Of a DNA stretch of 64,000 nucleotides, positions 12,381-24,700 are shown one piece after another. Numbering within the stretch: the first letter of the stretch is position 1; each line of letters begins with the position of its first letter. The notes beneath the pieces are model-generated. The model worked only from the letters and a program-made list of their open reading frames with translations, did no database searches and was not told the DNA's origin. The DNA is from Phyllosticta citribraziliensis (taxonomy: Eukaryota), in NCBI RefSeq assembly GCF_038025025.1, contig NW_027117338.1, positions 186,001-250,000 on the forward strand. Direction: 5' to 3'. A program made the position numbers and the translations under genes.

Positions 12381-14213
12381 ATGACCGGCTCTTCCAGGCT
12401 TCCAGTCAGCTTGCGCGACGCCTACCAGGCCAAGCGCACAACCCCGCGCGGTCAGCTGCTCGCTCTCAATGTCGATATCCTCCGCAACATCGTCTTCATC
12501 CTCTTCGTCCTTCGCTGGACGCGCAAGGCCTTTTACACACTCAAGGGCCGCGGCCTGACCGGTACAGTCATCGACACTTACACATCTGTGCGCCGTATTC
12601 TCTATGGCTACTTTCTGCGCCTCCCAGGCGTCCGCTCAAAGGTCCAATCGCAAGTCGGCGAAGCCATCTCCAAGCTCGAACAGAAACTCGTGCCGTCTGG
12701 CCCAGGTATCGACCGATATATCAAATTACCAGCAGAAGGATGGTCGGCGGAAGAGGTGCGCAAGGAGCTCGAAAAGCTGAGTGAGATGAAGCACACAAGG
12801 TGGGAGGATGGTCGGGTGAGCGGAGCGGTCTACCACGGCGGCAAAGAACTGGTCAAACACCATGGCGGCGAAGACCTGGTAAAATTGCAGACGGAAGCGT
12901 TTGCAAGCTTCACGTATTCCAATCCCATCCACCCGGACGTATTCCCCGGAGTCCGAAAGATGGAGGCAGAAGTTGTCGCAATGGTGAGCAAAGGACAGTG
13001 GCCAGACTTGTACATCTTGCGCTTACAATCCTGATAGGTACTGGCTATGTTCAACGCTCCTGAAGGTGCAGCTGGTGTCACAACCAGCGGCGGCACGGAA
13101 TCTATTCTTATGGCATGCTTGAGCGCAAGAAACAAAGCCTATGCGGAGCGCGGGGTTACAGAACCGGAGATGTGTGTCTCCCCTCGAGTCAACATGCTCT
13201 CTGACTGACTGTGCTCTAGGATTCTTCCTGAAACTGCCCACACTGCTTTCCGAAAAGCAGGTGAATACTTCAAGATCAAAATACACCTCGCACCATGCCC
13301 CGCTCCAGCATACAGGGTCAACCTTCGTGCTGTTCAGCGCCTGGTGAACCCCAACACCGTTCTCCTCGTTGGCTCCGCGCCCAACTTTCCTCATGGAATT
13401 ATAGACGACATCTCAGGGCTGTCCCGCATAGCCGCTAGGAAAGGCATTCCCCTCCACGTCGATTGCTGCCTCGGATCTTTCCTCGTACCGTTCCTCCAAA
13501 AGGCTGGCTTCGAGACCGAGATGTTCGACTTCCGCCTCAAGGGTGTGACTAGCATATCTTGTGACACGCACAAGTACGGCTTCGCGCCCAAAGGCAACAG
13601 CACGGTTCTGTATCGAAGCGACGCGCTGCGCGCTTATCAGTATTTCATCTGCCCCGATTGGTCTGGTGGTGTCTACGCCTCTCCGTCGATAGCTGGTTCT
13701 CGACCAGGTGCGCTCATTGCCGGCTGTTGGGCGTCGCTAGTAGCGTGCGGCGAATCTGGCTACATTGCTGCATGCCACAAGATTGTCGGAGCCGCAAAGC
13801 GCATCGAATCGGAGCTGCATGCGCACCCGGTACTCGCGGCTGACCTGAAGGTGATGGGTAAGCCATTGGTCTCAGTTGTGGCATTCACTTCGTCGACTCT
13901 GGACATTTATGATGTTGCCGACGCCATGTCGGCGCGCGGCTGGCATCTCAACGCGCTTCAGAACCCGCCTGCGATTCACGTTGCCGTCACGCTGCCAATT
14001 GTCGGCGCCGCCGACCAGCTCATTACCGACTTGGTTGAGAGCGTTGAGAGCGTACGCGAGGCTGAGCGGCAACGGGTCGCACAGGGCAAAGGCGCCAAGG
14101 GCTCTGTCAAGGGCGATGCTGCTGCGTTGTACGGTGTCGCAGGCAGCCTGCCGAACAAGAGCGTCGTGGTGGATTTGGCAAAGGGCTTCTTGGACACTTT
14201 GTACAAAGCCTGA
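12381..14213 (+). CDS. DPL1: Sphingosine-1-phosphate lyase
   Basis: WEDGRVSGAVYHGG, NPIHPDVFPGVRKME, TSGGTES, HVDCCLG, PLP lysine SCDTHKYG. Introns 12984-13037, 13172-13219. Confidence 0.96.
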
Positions 14214-14570
14214 GGACGAGGAGTATCAGTTGACTGATAGTTGGGTCGACGCTGGTTAATGCACTGAAACAAGGTGACGGCAACTATAGGTGTGCTTGAG
14301 TGTTCTGGAGGATAGCGTTGGTGTTCGATTGTGTGTTCCAAGCGTATAGCACCAGTTGTCCAAATTGTATACATCAAGTCCTAGTAATGCACCCAGATTC
14401 CCCGCTCCAGGATGTGTGGGTGCCGTGGGTGGGTGTGGTCCTCCGGGCCGCTCCCAAAGAATGGTCCGTGCACGTTGAGCTCTCTTATCGATTCGAAACT
14501 TTTTCGAAATCGCCAAAAGTCACCACCACCGCGACAAGGCTTTCCCGCTGTCATGGATTCAGCGGCCAAA

Positions 14571-17500
14571 ATGTCTCTTACGGAGCGGTTGGACAGGATT
14601 CGGTCCTCGCCAAAGCTGCAAAGCCAGCAGCAGGTTGGTCTTCCTCGCCCTCCTCCAACATGTCCTGCTGACGCTTCCTCGACAGAGCGCCGTCGTCCTC
14701 TCCGCCGTCGAAGACACACTGAAAGCCCAAAAGTCTGAATTCACCCCGACTGCATACTTCGCCGCCCTCCTCGCCCTCCTCGCACAATACATCAACCCGA
14801 ACAAAGGCATTGTAAACAAGGAAGTCGCCTCGGCCATTGTCTACATTCTCGACCTCGTCACTCCGCATGTCCCTGCTCCGCTGCTCCGCGCCAAGTTCTC
14901 GCAGATTCTGACCAGCCTCGCGCCCGCCCTCACACACTCGGAAGCCGAAGCGCCATTGTTGCGCGCCTCGATAGGATGTCTCGAATCTCTGCTCGTGGTC
15001 CAGGATGCGCAGGCGTGGGAACTGCCCCAGTCAGAAGTCAGCCCACGCAGGGCTGTTGCCGGTCTTCTCACCATTGCTGTGGACCACAGGCCCAAGGTCA
15101 GGAAGCGGGCACAAGAAGCGCTCGGAAAAGTGCTGCAAAGTCCTCCTCCAAGCCCGTCTCTGGACCACCCTGCCGCCGACATGTGCGCCGAAACCGCCAT
15201 GCGCTCGCTCAAGGAAATTACCGAAGCTGCTGCAAAGCAGCGGAAACACCCTCGCTCTCAGCGTGACGGCCAATCGCACGACCCCGGTCTCATCCATGCG
15301 CTCCAACTCATCAAGACGATTGCGACTGCTTCTGGTGGATGGCCGAGCAAGAAAATTGACGCCCTGTGCGAGCTGCTTCTCAACATTTCAAAATCGAGCA
15401 ACGAATACCTGACCATGTCTGTTTTTGAGGTATTCGAGATGATTTTTGCTGGAATGGCCGACGAAGTGTCTTCTGCCAAGCTCCCCCGTCTTCTTGAAGT
15501 CATTGGCGAACTTCAACCTTCACAAACTGATACCCAGCTCCTCCCTCCGTGGATTGCCGTCTTGTCAAGAGGATACGATGTCGCTTCCCAGGTGGAACCA
15601 GAAGAGACCTTCCAAAAACTACCGGAGTTGTTCGCCATGATGGGAAACTTTCTCACTTCGCCTTCCCACAACATTCGGATCTCGGCCTCGGAGGGGCTGA
15701 TCTCCTTCATGGCGAACTGTGTTCCAGAAAGCGTCATCCTGGAGCCGTCAATTTACGATGAGAAGGTCTTTTGGAAGCTCGGAAAGCACGCAGCAGACCT
15801 CTTGAGCATCAAATACCAGGCAGCTTGGATGGAGGTCTTCAACGTTCTTGCCGCCATGTTCAACGCTTTCAGATGGCGCTCGGCCCCAGTTCTCAATACC
15901 GTGGTCAAGGTCGTTGGTGAGCTCAGGAGCAGTGATTCGTTCGCTGGCAAGAAGGAGGCGGACGGCGTTCTCGGAAACGCCATTAAAGCCATGGGTCCGG
16001 ACAACGTCCTGGATATTCTTCCCCTCAACCTTGTCAAGCCCGTCGCTGGCCAGCCAGGACGTGCTTGGCTTCTGCCCATTATGAGGGACGCGATCAGCAA
16101 CACCAGGCTTGCGCAATTCAGATCAGAGCTGGTACCTCTCAGCGAAGCAATGTTTCAGCGGGTCCTCAACCACGGAGATGCGGAGAAGACGATGGAGATC
16201 AAGATCTATGAGACGATTGTGCACCAGATTTGGGCCACTCTCCCGGGCTACTGCGATCTGCCACTGGACCTCACGGATGCGTTTGACCAAGGCTTCGCGG
16301 AGCTTGTGTCGAATCTGCTTTACCAGAAGACCGAGCTTCGCACGGATCTCTGCCGTGCTCTGCAAAACCTTGTCGAGACCAACAAGGCCATTGTCGAGAT
16401 TGAGGGAGAGGAGGACCTCTTCGCCCAGTCTAGGGTCTCCAAGGCCGATGCTCAAAAGAACGTTGAGTATCTGTCAGGATTTGCAACAAACATTCTCGCC
16501 GTCCTTTTCAACGTCTACAACCAAACCCTTCCCCAGTCGAGAGGCAACATTCTGAGGTGTATCAACGCCTATCTGAGCATCACTCCGAAGGAGGAGCTCA
16601 TGAAGACCTTTTCTCAGGTCGGAACCATGCTCGAGTCTTCCCTGGCCGAAAGCGGTCCGCAGACTCAAGCAGACAAGCAAAAGGAGAAGAAGCCGGCAGA
16701 CAAAATGCCGCCTGCCAGCCACACCCTCATGGACCTCGTCATTACCATTTCCATCTATCTGCCTAGAGACAGCTTCGTCACCCTCTTCACCATTGCGGCA
16801 TTGATGATCAATAAGGACGACGACCCTCAACTGCAGAAGAAGGCGTACAAGCTCATCCCGCGCCTGGCAGAATCCGAGATTGGAAAGGCAGCACTTCAAG
16901 AACGCAACGCGGAACTTCAAACGTTGCTTCTTGAGAGCGCAGAGAAGGCATCGGCGCCTTCGAAGCGAGACCGCCTTGCTGCTATCACACAGGTCATCGA
17001 GTACCTTCCGTCGACCGACCTGCACTTTATCCCGTCAGTCCTCCCTGAAGTCATCATCTCGTGCAAAGAAGTCAATGAGAAGGCACGCACAGCCGCCTTC
17101 GATCTACTTGTCATGATGGGCGAGAAGATGAAGCTAGGTGGCACCGTCGTCCAATCCAAGATTCCGTCAATGGACCCCTCAGCCCCTACGATCAACGCAT
17201 CGCTAGAGGAGTTTTTCACAATGATGTCTGCCGGTCTGGCAGGTGCAACGCCGCACATGATTAGCGCATCTATCACTGCTCTGACGCGCGCGCTGTACGA
17301 ATTCCGCACCTCTCTCTCTGAATCCACCATTGTCGACATGGTGCAAACCATGGATCTCTTCCTCGAGTCTCCGAGCCGTGAAATCGTCCGCTCCGTGCTA
17401 GGCTTCGTCAAGGTCTCCGTCATTTCTCTCCCTACCTCACTCATACTCCCGCGCCTCCAGACCCTGATCCCGCATCTGATGGTCTGGTCGCATGAGCACA

Positions 17501-18417
17501 AAGCACAGTTCAAAGCAAAGGTGAAGCACATTATCGAACGCATGATCCGGCGCTTCGGCGTCGACGTCATCGAGCGCAACACGCCCGACGCGGACCGCAA
17601 GCTCATTGCAAATATCCGCAAGACGCGCGACAGGCGCAAGCGCAAGAAGGACGCCGCCGGGGACGACGACGACGCCGAGGCGCAACAGCAGGCGCCCGAG
17701 AAGCGCCGCTCCAAGTTCGAGTCCGAGTACGACGAGGCCGTCTACGGGTCCGAAGACGACGCCGCGTCGTCGTCGGGCTCGGACGTGTCGGACAACGAGC
17801 AGATGGGCCGGCGCACCCGCAAAGCGTCGTCCGGCTCCAAATCCGCTGGCGGCGGCGCGTACATCGTCGAAGACGAGAACGAGCCGCTCGACCTGCTCGA
17901 CCGCCGCGCGCTGGGCCACGTCTCGTCGACCAAGCCCGTCAAGCAGAAGGCGCCGGGCCAGTCCAAGACCAAGGCCAAGGTCGACCTGGACGGCAAGCTG
18001 CTGCTCGGCGACGACAGCTCGGACGACGACAACGGCGGCGGTGCCGGCGGCATGGACCTCGACGGCGGCGAGAGCCTCGAGGCCGGCATCAACGCTTACG
18101 TCTCGGCTATCCGCGGGCGCGACGCGGCGCAGCGCGGGCGCGGCGGCAAGATCAAGTTCTCGAACAAGGGCAAGAAGGGCGGCGACGACGAGATGGAGGT
18201 CGATGAGGAAGAGGTCAAGGACGGGCTGAAGAAGAATAGGGGCCCGCATCAGCAGCAGCAGCGTGGCAGGGGCAAGCCGGACAGGCGGCCGCTCGGTGGT
18301 GGCGGCATGGACCGCACGAGGGGTGGACGTGTTGGTAAAGATGGCCGAGGTGGCCGAGGCGGCCGAGGCGGCCGTGGCGGTGGCCGCGGTGGTGGTGGCA
18401 GAGGTGGTAGGAGGTGA
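14571..18417 (+). CDS. RRP12: Ribosome biogenesis HEAT-repeat protein Rrp12 (NUC173)
   Basis: ATG 14571 (in-frame ATG also at 14553), intron 14634-14685. PTAYFAALL, DHRPKVRKRAQ, GRAWLLP, EPLDLLD; RGG-rich tail. Confidence 0.93.
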
Positions 18418-18785
18418 GGAAGTGGCGTGTAGATGTGGGGTTTCTAGTTTGACATTGCATGAAAAGGAGCTTCGTTTTGTCAGGGTCTGTTTTGTTCCAT
18501 GGATAGATAGGAAGGTAGTTTTGCGGTGATGTTCTGCCGGCCAACAAATTTCATAGTCATCACATCCGCTTTGATTGGTTCTCTCACGCAGGCGCAAATC
18601 GATTCCACATTTTGGTTTCTCCAGAATAAATGGACGGGGAAATCAGATTCTATGGGCTGAGCGGATGGTGCATTGCAACTGCATATGATACAGAGCCTCC
18701 GAGAAGGGGGGAATTTCCACTACTGCTGTCCCCACCGCCGCGCTTTGTCTACTACCATCGACCGACACCGATGCTGCTGCTGCGT

Positions 18786-19534
18786 CTACTCGTCCAAACG
18801 AGCAGGGAAGTTTCCGGCTTCTGCGGAGACGTCAGTTGGGTCTGTTACAGAAAGATCGAGGGATTGGGGAGGCGTACCGCGCTGGTCATCCCACCTCTGG
18901 GTCCAGGCGCTGGGGCACAGGGACTTGTAGGCAAGGTAGAACTGCAGTCGGCGAAGTCAGCAAATCATCAATCCAGCGCATCCTCGCACCCCTCAGATAG
19001 AGGAGATGGCCGTTTGCCGTCGGGGTGGAGGCAATGGACGTACCTGGCGGCAGGGAGCAAAGTCCTCTCCCTTGGCAAGGACGCACTTGTGGTAGTCGAC
19101 GTAGTTTTGCCAGCAGTGCTTGGTCTGGTTCTGGTTCGGGAAGCGGGCGTCGAAACCTAGAGTTCGCCGCGAGGAGAGCGTCGTGTCAGCCTGCCTTGCT
19201 CACGTCCCAATGGCCAATGGAGCCGTTTTCCCCCTTCATCATCGCAAATCTGGTCCCGGCAAAATCGGCATTATCGCGAGCGCGGGGACGGCGTGCAATG
19301 AGACGACTCGACCCGCCCGTCACACGGACCTTGCGACTGTAATTGGGGGTGCCGGGAGCTCGTTGCTCAGACGTCGCGGGGTAGCGGGGGAGTGGGTTGG
19401 TGGTGGACGTACCGGCTAGAGAGCAAAGGCGTGGTCAGCTTGGTTCAGAAGAGCTCTCAACGGAGCAGAGCAGCAGGGGCTAGCTTACCAGTAACGAACT
19501 TGAAGGGCTTGGTCTCGCGCTCGTCGTCGGCCAT
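18786..19534 (-). CDS. COX12: Cytochrome c oxidase subunit 6B
   Basis: Exons 19534-19489, 19415-19413, 19156-19044, 18941-18878, 18820-18786 give 86 aa: [56 protein letters not shown] (Cx9C-Cx10C). Confidence 0.96.
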
Positions 19535-19661
19535 GGTGACGGATGTGCAATTGGAGGATGCGGGTGAGTGGGAAGGGTTGACGTCGGTTGCAGGTCAATA
19601 TGGGCGACGGGAGGTGGTCTGACAGGCGCTGCTTGCGAAAGAAGCGGCGGCTTGTTCCGGG

Positions 19662-19698
19662 CGGAATCCGTCGGATAGCTTGGCTCCGCCCCGCTCCG
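19662..19698. promoter_or_regulatory. Two opposed CGG-N7-CGG motifs (candidate AOD2/AOD5 or AcuK/AcuM sites) in a bidirectional promoter
   Basis: CGGAATCCGTCGG at 19662-19674 and CCGCCCCGCTCCG at 19686-19698. The spacer is GC-rich, so chance occurrence is not excluded. Confidence 0.4.
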
Positions 19699-19863
19699 CC
19701 ACCAGGTCTCCCTCCGCCGAGGTCTTCGGCCCGCCCGCCCTCTCTCTGTCCGGCTCGGGCTGGCCTCGCTGATCGAGATCCGTCCGTTTGCTTCCCTTTC
19801 TCCATCGTCGTTGACGGCCATCTCTTTGCCTCACCCTCTCCACTCTACCAAACCACCTCCACC

Positions 19864-20450
19864 ATGCTTGCGCCTTCTCGCATGATCGGCCTCCAGGCCG
19901 TCAGGGCTGTCAAGCCCGTCCGCTTTGCTGCGCCCGTCCGCCAGCAGATGCAGGCCCGCTTCCTCAACCTCAGGGCCTCTCCCCGTCTCAGGACTCCCGT
20001 TCCCGTGAGTTTGTGCCTGGATAGCTGTATAGAAGACTTTACTGACTTGCGCGTAGAAGGAGGAGCAGTCCGGTATGGCCCGCCCTTGCCCTTGATGCCC
20101 CGGCACAATCCAATTGCTCCGCCATGTTCGATTTTGGAACCATGCTGATTTCGCATAGCGCACACCATCTCGCAGCGTCTGCGCACCCTCAAGAAGATTC
20201 CCCCGGAGTTGATTCCCCTCGGTAAGCATTGGACTTGGATGCGTACGCCGTCGAACAGCTTGCTAACCCGTTTTTGCTCTACAGGTGTTGTCCTTGCGTA
20301 AGAGCTACCCCATCCCAACCACATCGCCATTACATCATTATCCTGACATTTGCCACCAGCATCGCCGTTGGTGCTGCCATCTTCTCCGTCGTTAGGTCTC
20401 TCTTCAGGGACAAGACTCTCCGCCTCTCGAGGTCGGGTCGCCGCGACTAA
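19864..20450 (+). CDS. NDUFA4/MLRQ-family small mitochondrial membrane protein (Min8-like)
   Basis: Exons 19864-20004, 20057-20072, 20159-20221, 20285-20297, 20360-20450 give 107 aa: Arg-rich presequence, then KKIPPELIPLGVVLAIAVGAAIFSVVRSLFRDKTLRL (one TM helix). Confidence 0.8.
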
Positions 20451-20661
20451 ATTGCTTGACGGGTTGGGGTATCTTGAGGCGAAGCGAAATTGAGACGATG
20501 GGCGGATGAAGCCCGTGGGTTTCTTTGTACAGAATGGATTGATCAGTTGTCCTCCCTTCCCCAATCCACCAGGCTTCTGCAGCACGTTTTTTGCCGCGGC
20601 TCTTCGCAACTCCCAGGGCGTGGCCCAGTCTTTGCAAAGGCTGAAATGCTCACTGCCTGTC

Positions 20662-21170
20662 TCATGCTTGTTTCGGGCCTGCCACGTCGAGTTCTTCTAG
20701 TCCTTGCATTGGATCCACGGCGCCATCTGCATCGGCCTTTGCTTGCTCTACTGCCCTGCGGTCGTCTTCGCTGACCGCATGTTTTGCGAGCCAGCCGTCC
20801 TGATAGAATTGTTAGCTTTTGAAATCGAAGAAAATGTGAATTTACGAACTTGTTCCCAAACTGCCGTCTTGCTTCCCAAGCCCTCGTTTGCATCCTTTTG
20901 GGGTTTCGCCGCGGCGCACTTGATGACGCGCCCGAACAGCTCCGACTGATCCATGTTGTCAATGGCTTCCCGGGCGTCTGCTGCGTACTCAAACTCGACG
21001 TAGCCAAAACCGCGATGTGGGTCTGTCGACGATGGCAGATCAGGCTTGGGTAGCGAAATGTCAACAATCTCGCCAAAGGGCAAGAAGGCATTGTGCAGCA
21101 CTTCGCTCGTGACGGCGGTGTCAAGGCCGCCGACGTAGACGGTCGCTTTGAGGCGCGCAGTCTCCGCCAT
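20662..21170 (-). CDS. RRM protein similar to the N-terminal RRM of cyclophilin E/Cyp33, no PPIase domain
   Basis: RNP2 VYVGGL, RNP1 HRGFGYVEF, AIDNMDQSELFGRVI. Intron 20800-20849; ends DPMQGLEELDVAGPKQA. Confidence 0.88.
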
Positions 21171-21703
21171 GCTCGCGCGATCAACTCGTTGGCAGTCCGC
21201 GCAGTGGGTGTGGACGGACTGAAGTGGACGATGTCGAACGGAAAGTTCCAAGTTCGATATCACGTGCGGATGTTGGCTTTTGCGGCGGACCGGCGATTTG
21301 GATCTGGAGGTGGAGTCGCAGTCGGCGCAACTTGTCGGAGCGCTGTGTTGAACTGTCCGAGAGCTTCAAGCCTCACGGATTCGCAGGCTAGGAGGCAGAG
21401 AGACGTCGGTTGCCATGTTATCGCAAAGCTGGTGGCTCTGCTGAGGGAGCGCATTGCAGTTGCCCGCCGGCTGGTCCATGCAGGGGTCTTGGCGCCGGGT
21501 CCCGCGAGGCCACCTTGACGGAGGTAAACTAGCCCTGTACTCTACACATAGGTATTCTTCTCACGCTCCTCGCACGCCCACCGTTCGCTGGTCTTTTGTC
21601 AGGAGCTACGCCGGCTCTGCTCCCTTTCTGTGATACCCCGGTCAACTGTTTCCTCCACTTTCCCCACCGCCGTCGGACCAACGCGTCGCATCCACCTACA
21701 GCC

Positions 21704-24700
21704 ATGGTCCGCCTGCGGGAAATCCCCAGGACGGCGACTTTCGCCTGGTCCCCAGGCTCCGCGCCGCCATTGATTGCTACCGGAACCAAGGCTGGCGCCG
21801 TCGACGCCGACTTCTCCAACGAGACTCAGCTTGAAATCTGGGACCTGGCTCTGGGTTCGCCAGGCCAGTCGGTGGAGCTCAAACCCGCCGGCAGCATAAG
21901 CGCAGATTCCAGGTGCGCCAGAAGCATTGGCTCTTTCCCAATCATCCTGGAGGTATTTGATGCTGACTTTGCGTCTCAAGATTCCACGACATTGCCTGGG
22001 GCCTTCCCAGCGACGACCGCCCGAGAGGTGTTATAGCTGGAGCTCTGGAAAGTGGAAGCCTGGACCTCTGGGACGCGGACAAGCTCCTCAAAGGGTCGAG
22101 GTAAGACAACCTTCCGAAATTATGGTGCGCTGCTCTAACATATATCCAGCGAAGCCTTCCTTTCCCGGACCGAGAAGCACAGCGCTGCTATCAAGGCGCT
22201 TCAATTCAACCCCTTCAAACCCGAGCTCCTAGCCACCGCCGGCGCAAAAGGCGAGCTATACATCACCGACCTTAACAACCCGAACCCGTTCCGCCTGGGG
22301 AACTCTGTTGCACGCGCCGACGACTTCGAAGCTCTCGACTGGAACAAAAAGGTCCCTTACATTTTGGCCACTGGTAGCAGCGGTGGATTCGTAACGGTCT
22401 GGGATTTGAAGACCAAGAAGGAGAACCTCATCCTCAACAATTACCAGAGAAAGGCTGTCAGCGCTGTGGCATGGGATCCCGATGTGCCCACCAAGTTGAT
22501 GACTGCGGTCCCCAACGACCAAGAGCCTCTGATCTTGATGTGGGACCTGCGCAACTCCAATGCCCCTGAACGTATTCTCAAGGGGCACGACCAAGGCGTG
22601 CTCTCTCTGTCGTGGTGTACCTCCGACAGTGATCTGCTTTTGTCGTGCGGCAAGGACAACAGGACAATTTGCTGGAACCCGCATAGTGGTCAACCTCTTG
22701 GAGAGTTTCCCGTTGTCACCAACTGGACCTTCCAGACCGAGTTCAATCCCCACAATCCGAACTTGCTTGCGACTGCTTCGTTCGATGGAAAGATTGCTGT
22801 GCAAACGCTCCAGAATACAAAGCAGGAAGCGGATGTTGGCACAGAAGCGGCTGCTGCTCTTGACGGAGAGGACTTCTTCGCCAGGGCTCAGACGCAGCCG
22901 CAGGTGGCGACCTTTACGCTTCCCCAGGCTCCCAAGTGGCTCCGCAAGCCGGTTGGCGCCTCGTTTGGCTTTGGAGGCAAGTTGGTCAAGCTCAGCACCG
23001 ACGCGTCGACCAAGAAGTCCAAGATTAGCATTTCGACCTTTGCCGTCGACTCTGCCATTGGACAGGCCACTGAGAAATTCGAACAGGCTTTGAAGAGCGG
23101 CGACTTGGCCAGTATCTGCGAGGCCAAGATCTCCGAGGCCAAGACTGAGGAGGAGAAGGCCGATTGGACAGTCATTGAGACGTTGATATCCGGATCTCGA
23201 ACGAAGCTGGTGGACTATTTGGGCTTTGGTGCCACTTCCGAGGCTGAAAAGGCTGAGGAGTCTCAAGAAGAGGCCAAGACCAATGGAACTTCAGAAAAGG
23301 ACCCATCCTCCTTTTTCGAGGAGTCTGGAGAAAGTGAAAACTTCTTGGCGGATCTCGCCGCTACCAAGGGTGCGAAGACGAACAACCCTTTCAAGATTTT
23401 CACCGGCAACGAGACGGAAGCCGACAAGAATATCACCAAGGCCTTGATGCTTGGTCAGTTCGAGAAGGCCTTGGACATCTGCCTCAAGGAAGACCGCCTG
23501 TCCGATGCCTTTATGATTGCCATCTGCGGTGGTCAAAAGTGTATCGACAAGGCTCAATCCGCTTATTTCAAGAAGAAGTCGGACGGACCAAACTACCTGC
23601 GTCTGCTTGCGTCCGTGGTTGGAAAGAACCTCTGGGACGTGGTCTACAATGCCGACTTGGAGAACTGGAAAGAGGTCATGGCCACCCTCTGCACCTACGC
23701 AGACCACGCTGACTTTCCCGACTTGTGCGAGGCGCTTGGTGACCGTCTGGAGGAAGCCATTCAAGAGTCTGGAAATGCAGGATCTTTGAGGAAAGACGCC
23801 TCGTTCTGTTACCTCGCTGGCTCGAAGCTGGAGAAGGTTGTCGGCAACTGGGCTCAGGAGCTTCAGGAGAGCGAGGCTGCCGGAATCGAGCACAATGAAG
23901 GCGATACCAGCTTCTCTATCCATGCCAGGTCTCTTCAGAACTTTATCGAGAAGGTCACCATTTTCCGCGAAGTCACCAAGTTCCAGGATTCGGATCGCCA
24001 GAAGGCCTCGGATTGGAAGCTCGCCCCGCTGTACGCGAAGTACGCAGAATATGCGGACTTGCTTGCCTCTCATGGCCAGCTTCAAGAGGCTGAGAAGTAT
24101 CTTGACTTCCTGCCTGACAAGTACAACGAAGCCGAGCTCGCGCGCAACAGGGTCAGGATGGCCACGAGAAAGGCTGCTGCTCAACCCACTCACCAAAGGA
24201 CCGCCACGGCGACAAGTGTCGGCCAGAGGCCTCAGCGTGTTGTTCCCACATACCAACCTGTTGGCGCAAGCCCGGCAGCTTCCGCGCCTGCCCCTGCTCC
24301 TATCACCAACCCTTACGCTCCCACGGGCCAACCGATCCAGCCTGCGCAACCGTACGGGGCTTCCAACGCTGCTCGTGGCTACACTCCCGTAGGCTATCAG
24401 CCGCCGCAGGCCAATATTCCCAAGCCTAACCCTTATGGGTACGGTGGATTCCAGCCTGCACAACAGCAGCAGCAGCAGCCTCTCCCGCCCCCTCCTCGAG
24501 CATCAACTTCGTCTCCAGCCGGTCCTCCGCCATCCCAGGCCGCCAACGTCTCTGCCTGGAATGACCTTCCTGAGGGCTTTGGAACGAAACAGCCTTCCCG
24601 TCGGGGCACCCCAGGCGGCAACGGTGGTGCCATTACGTCCCCGTTCCCCAACGCAGCACCGAATGTTATTTCACATCCGCCAACCGGCGGATCTCCTTAC

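Noticed and set aside
19180..19245. C-box-like ATGATGA plus CTGA in COX12 intron 2 (snoRNA?)
   Set aside because: Too short, the CTGA is the branch site, and I saw no terminal stem or recognisable rRNA guide.
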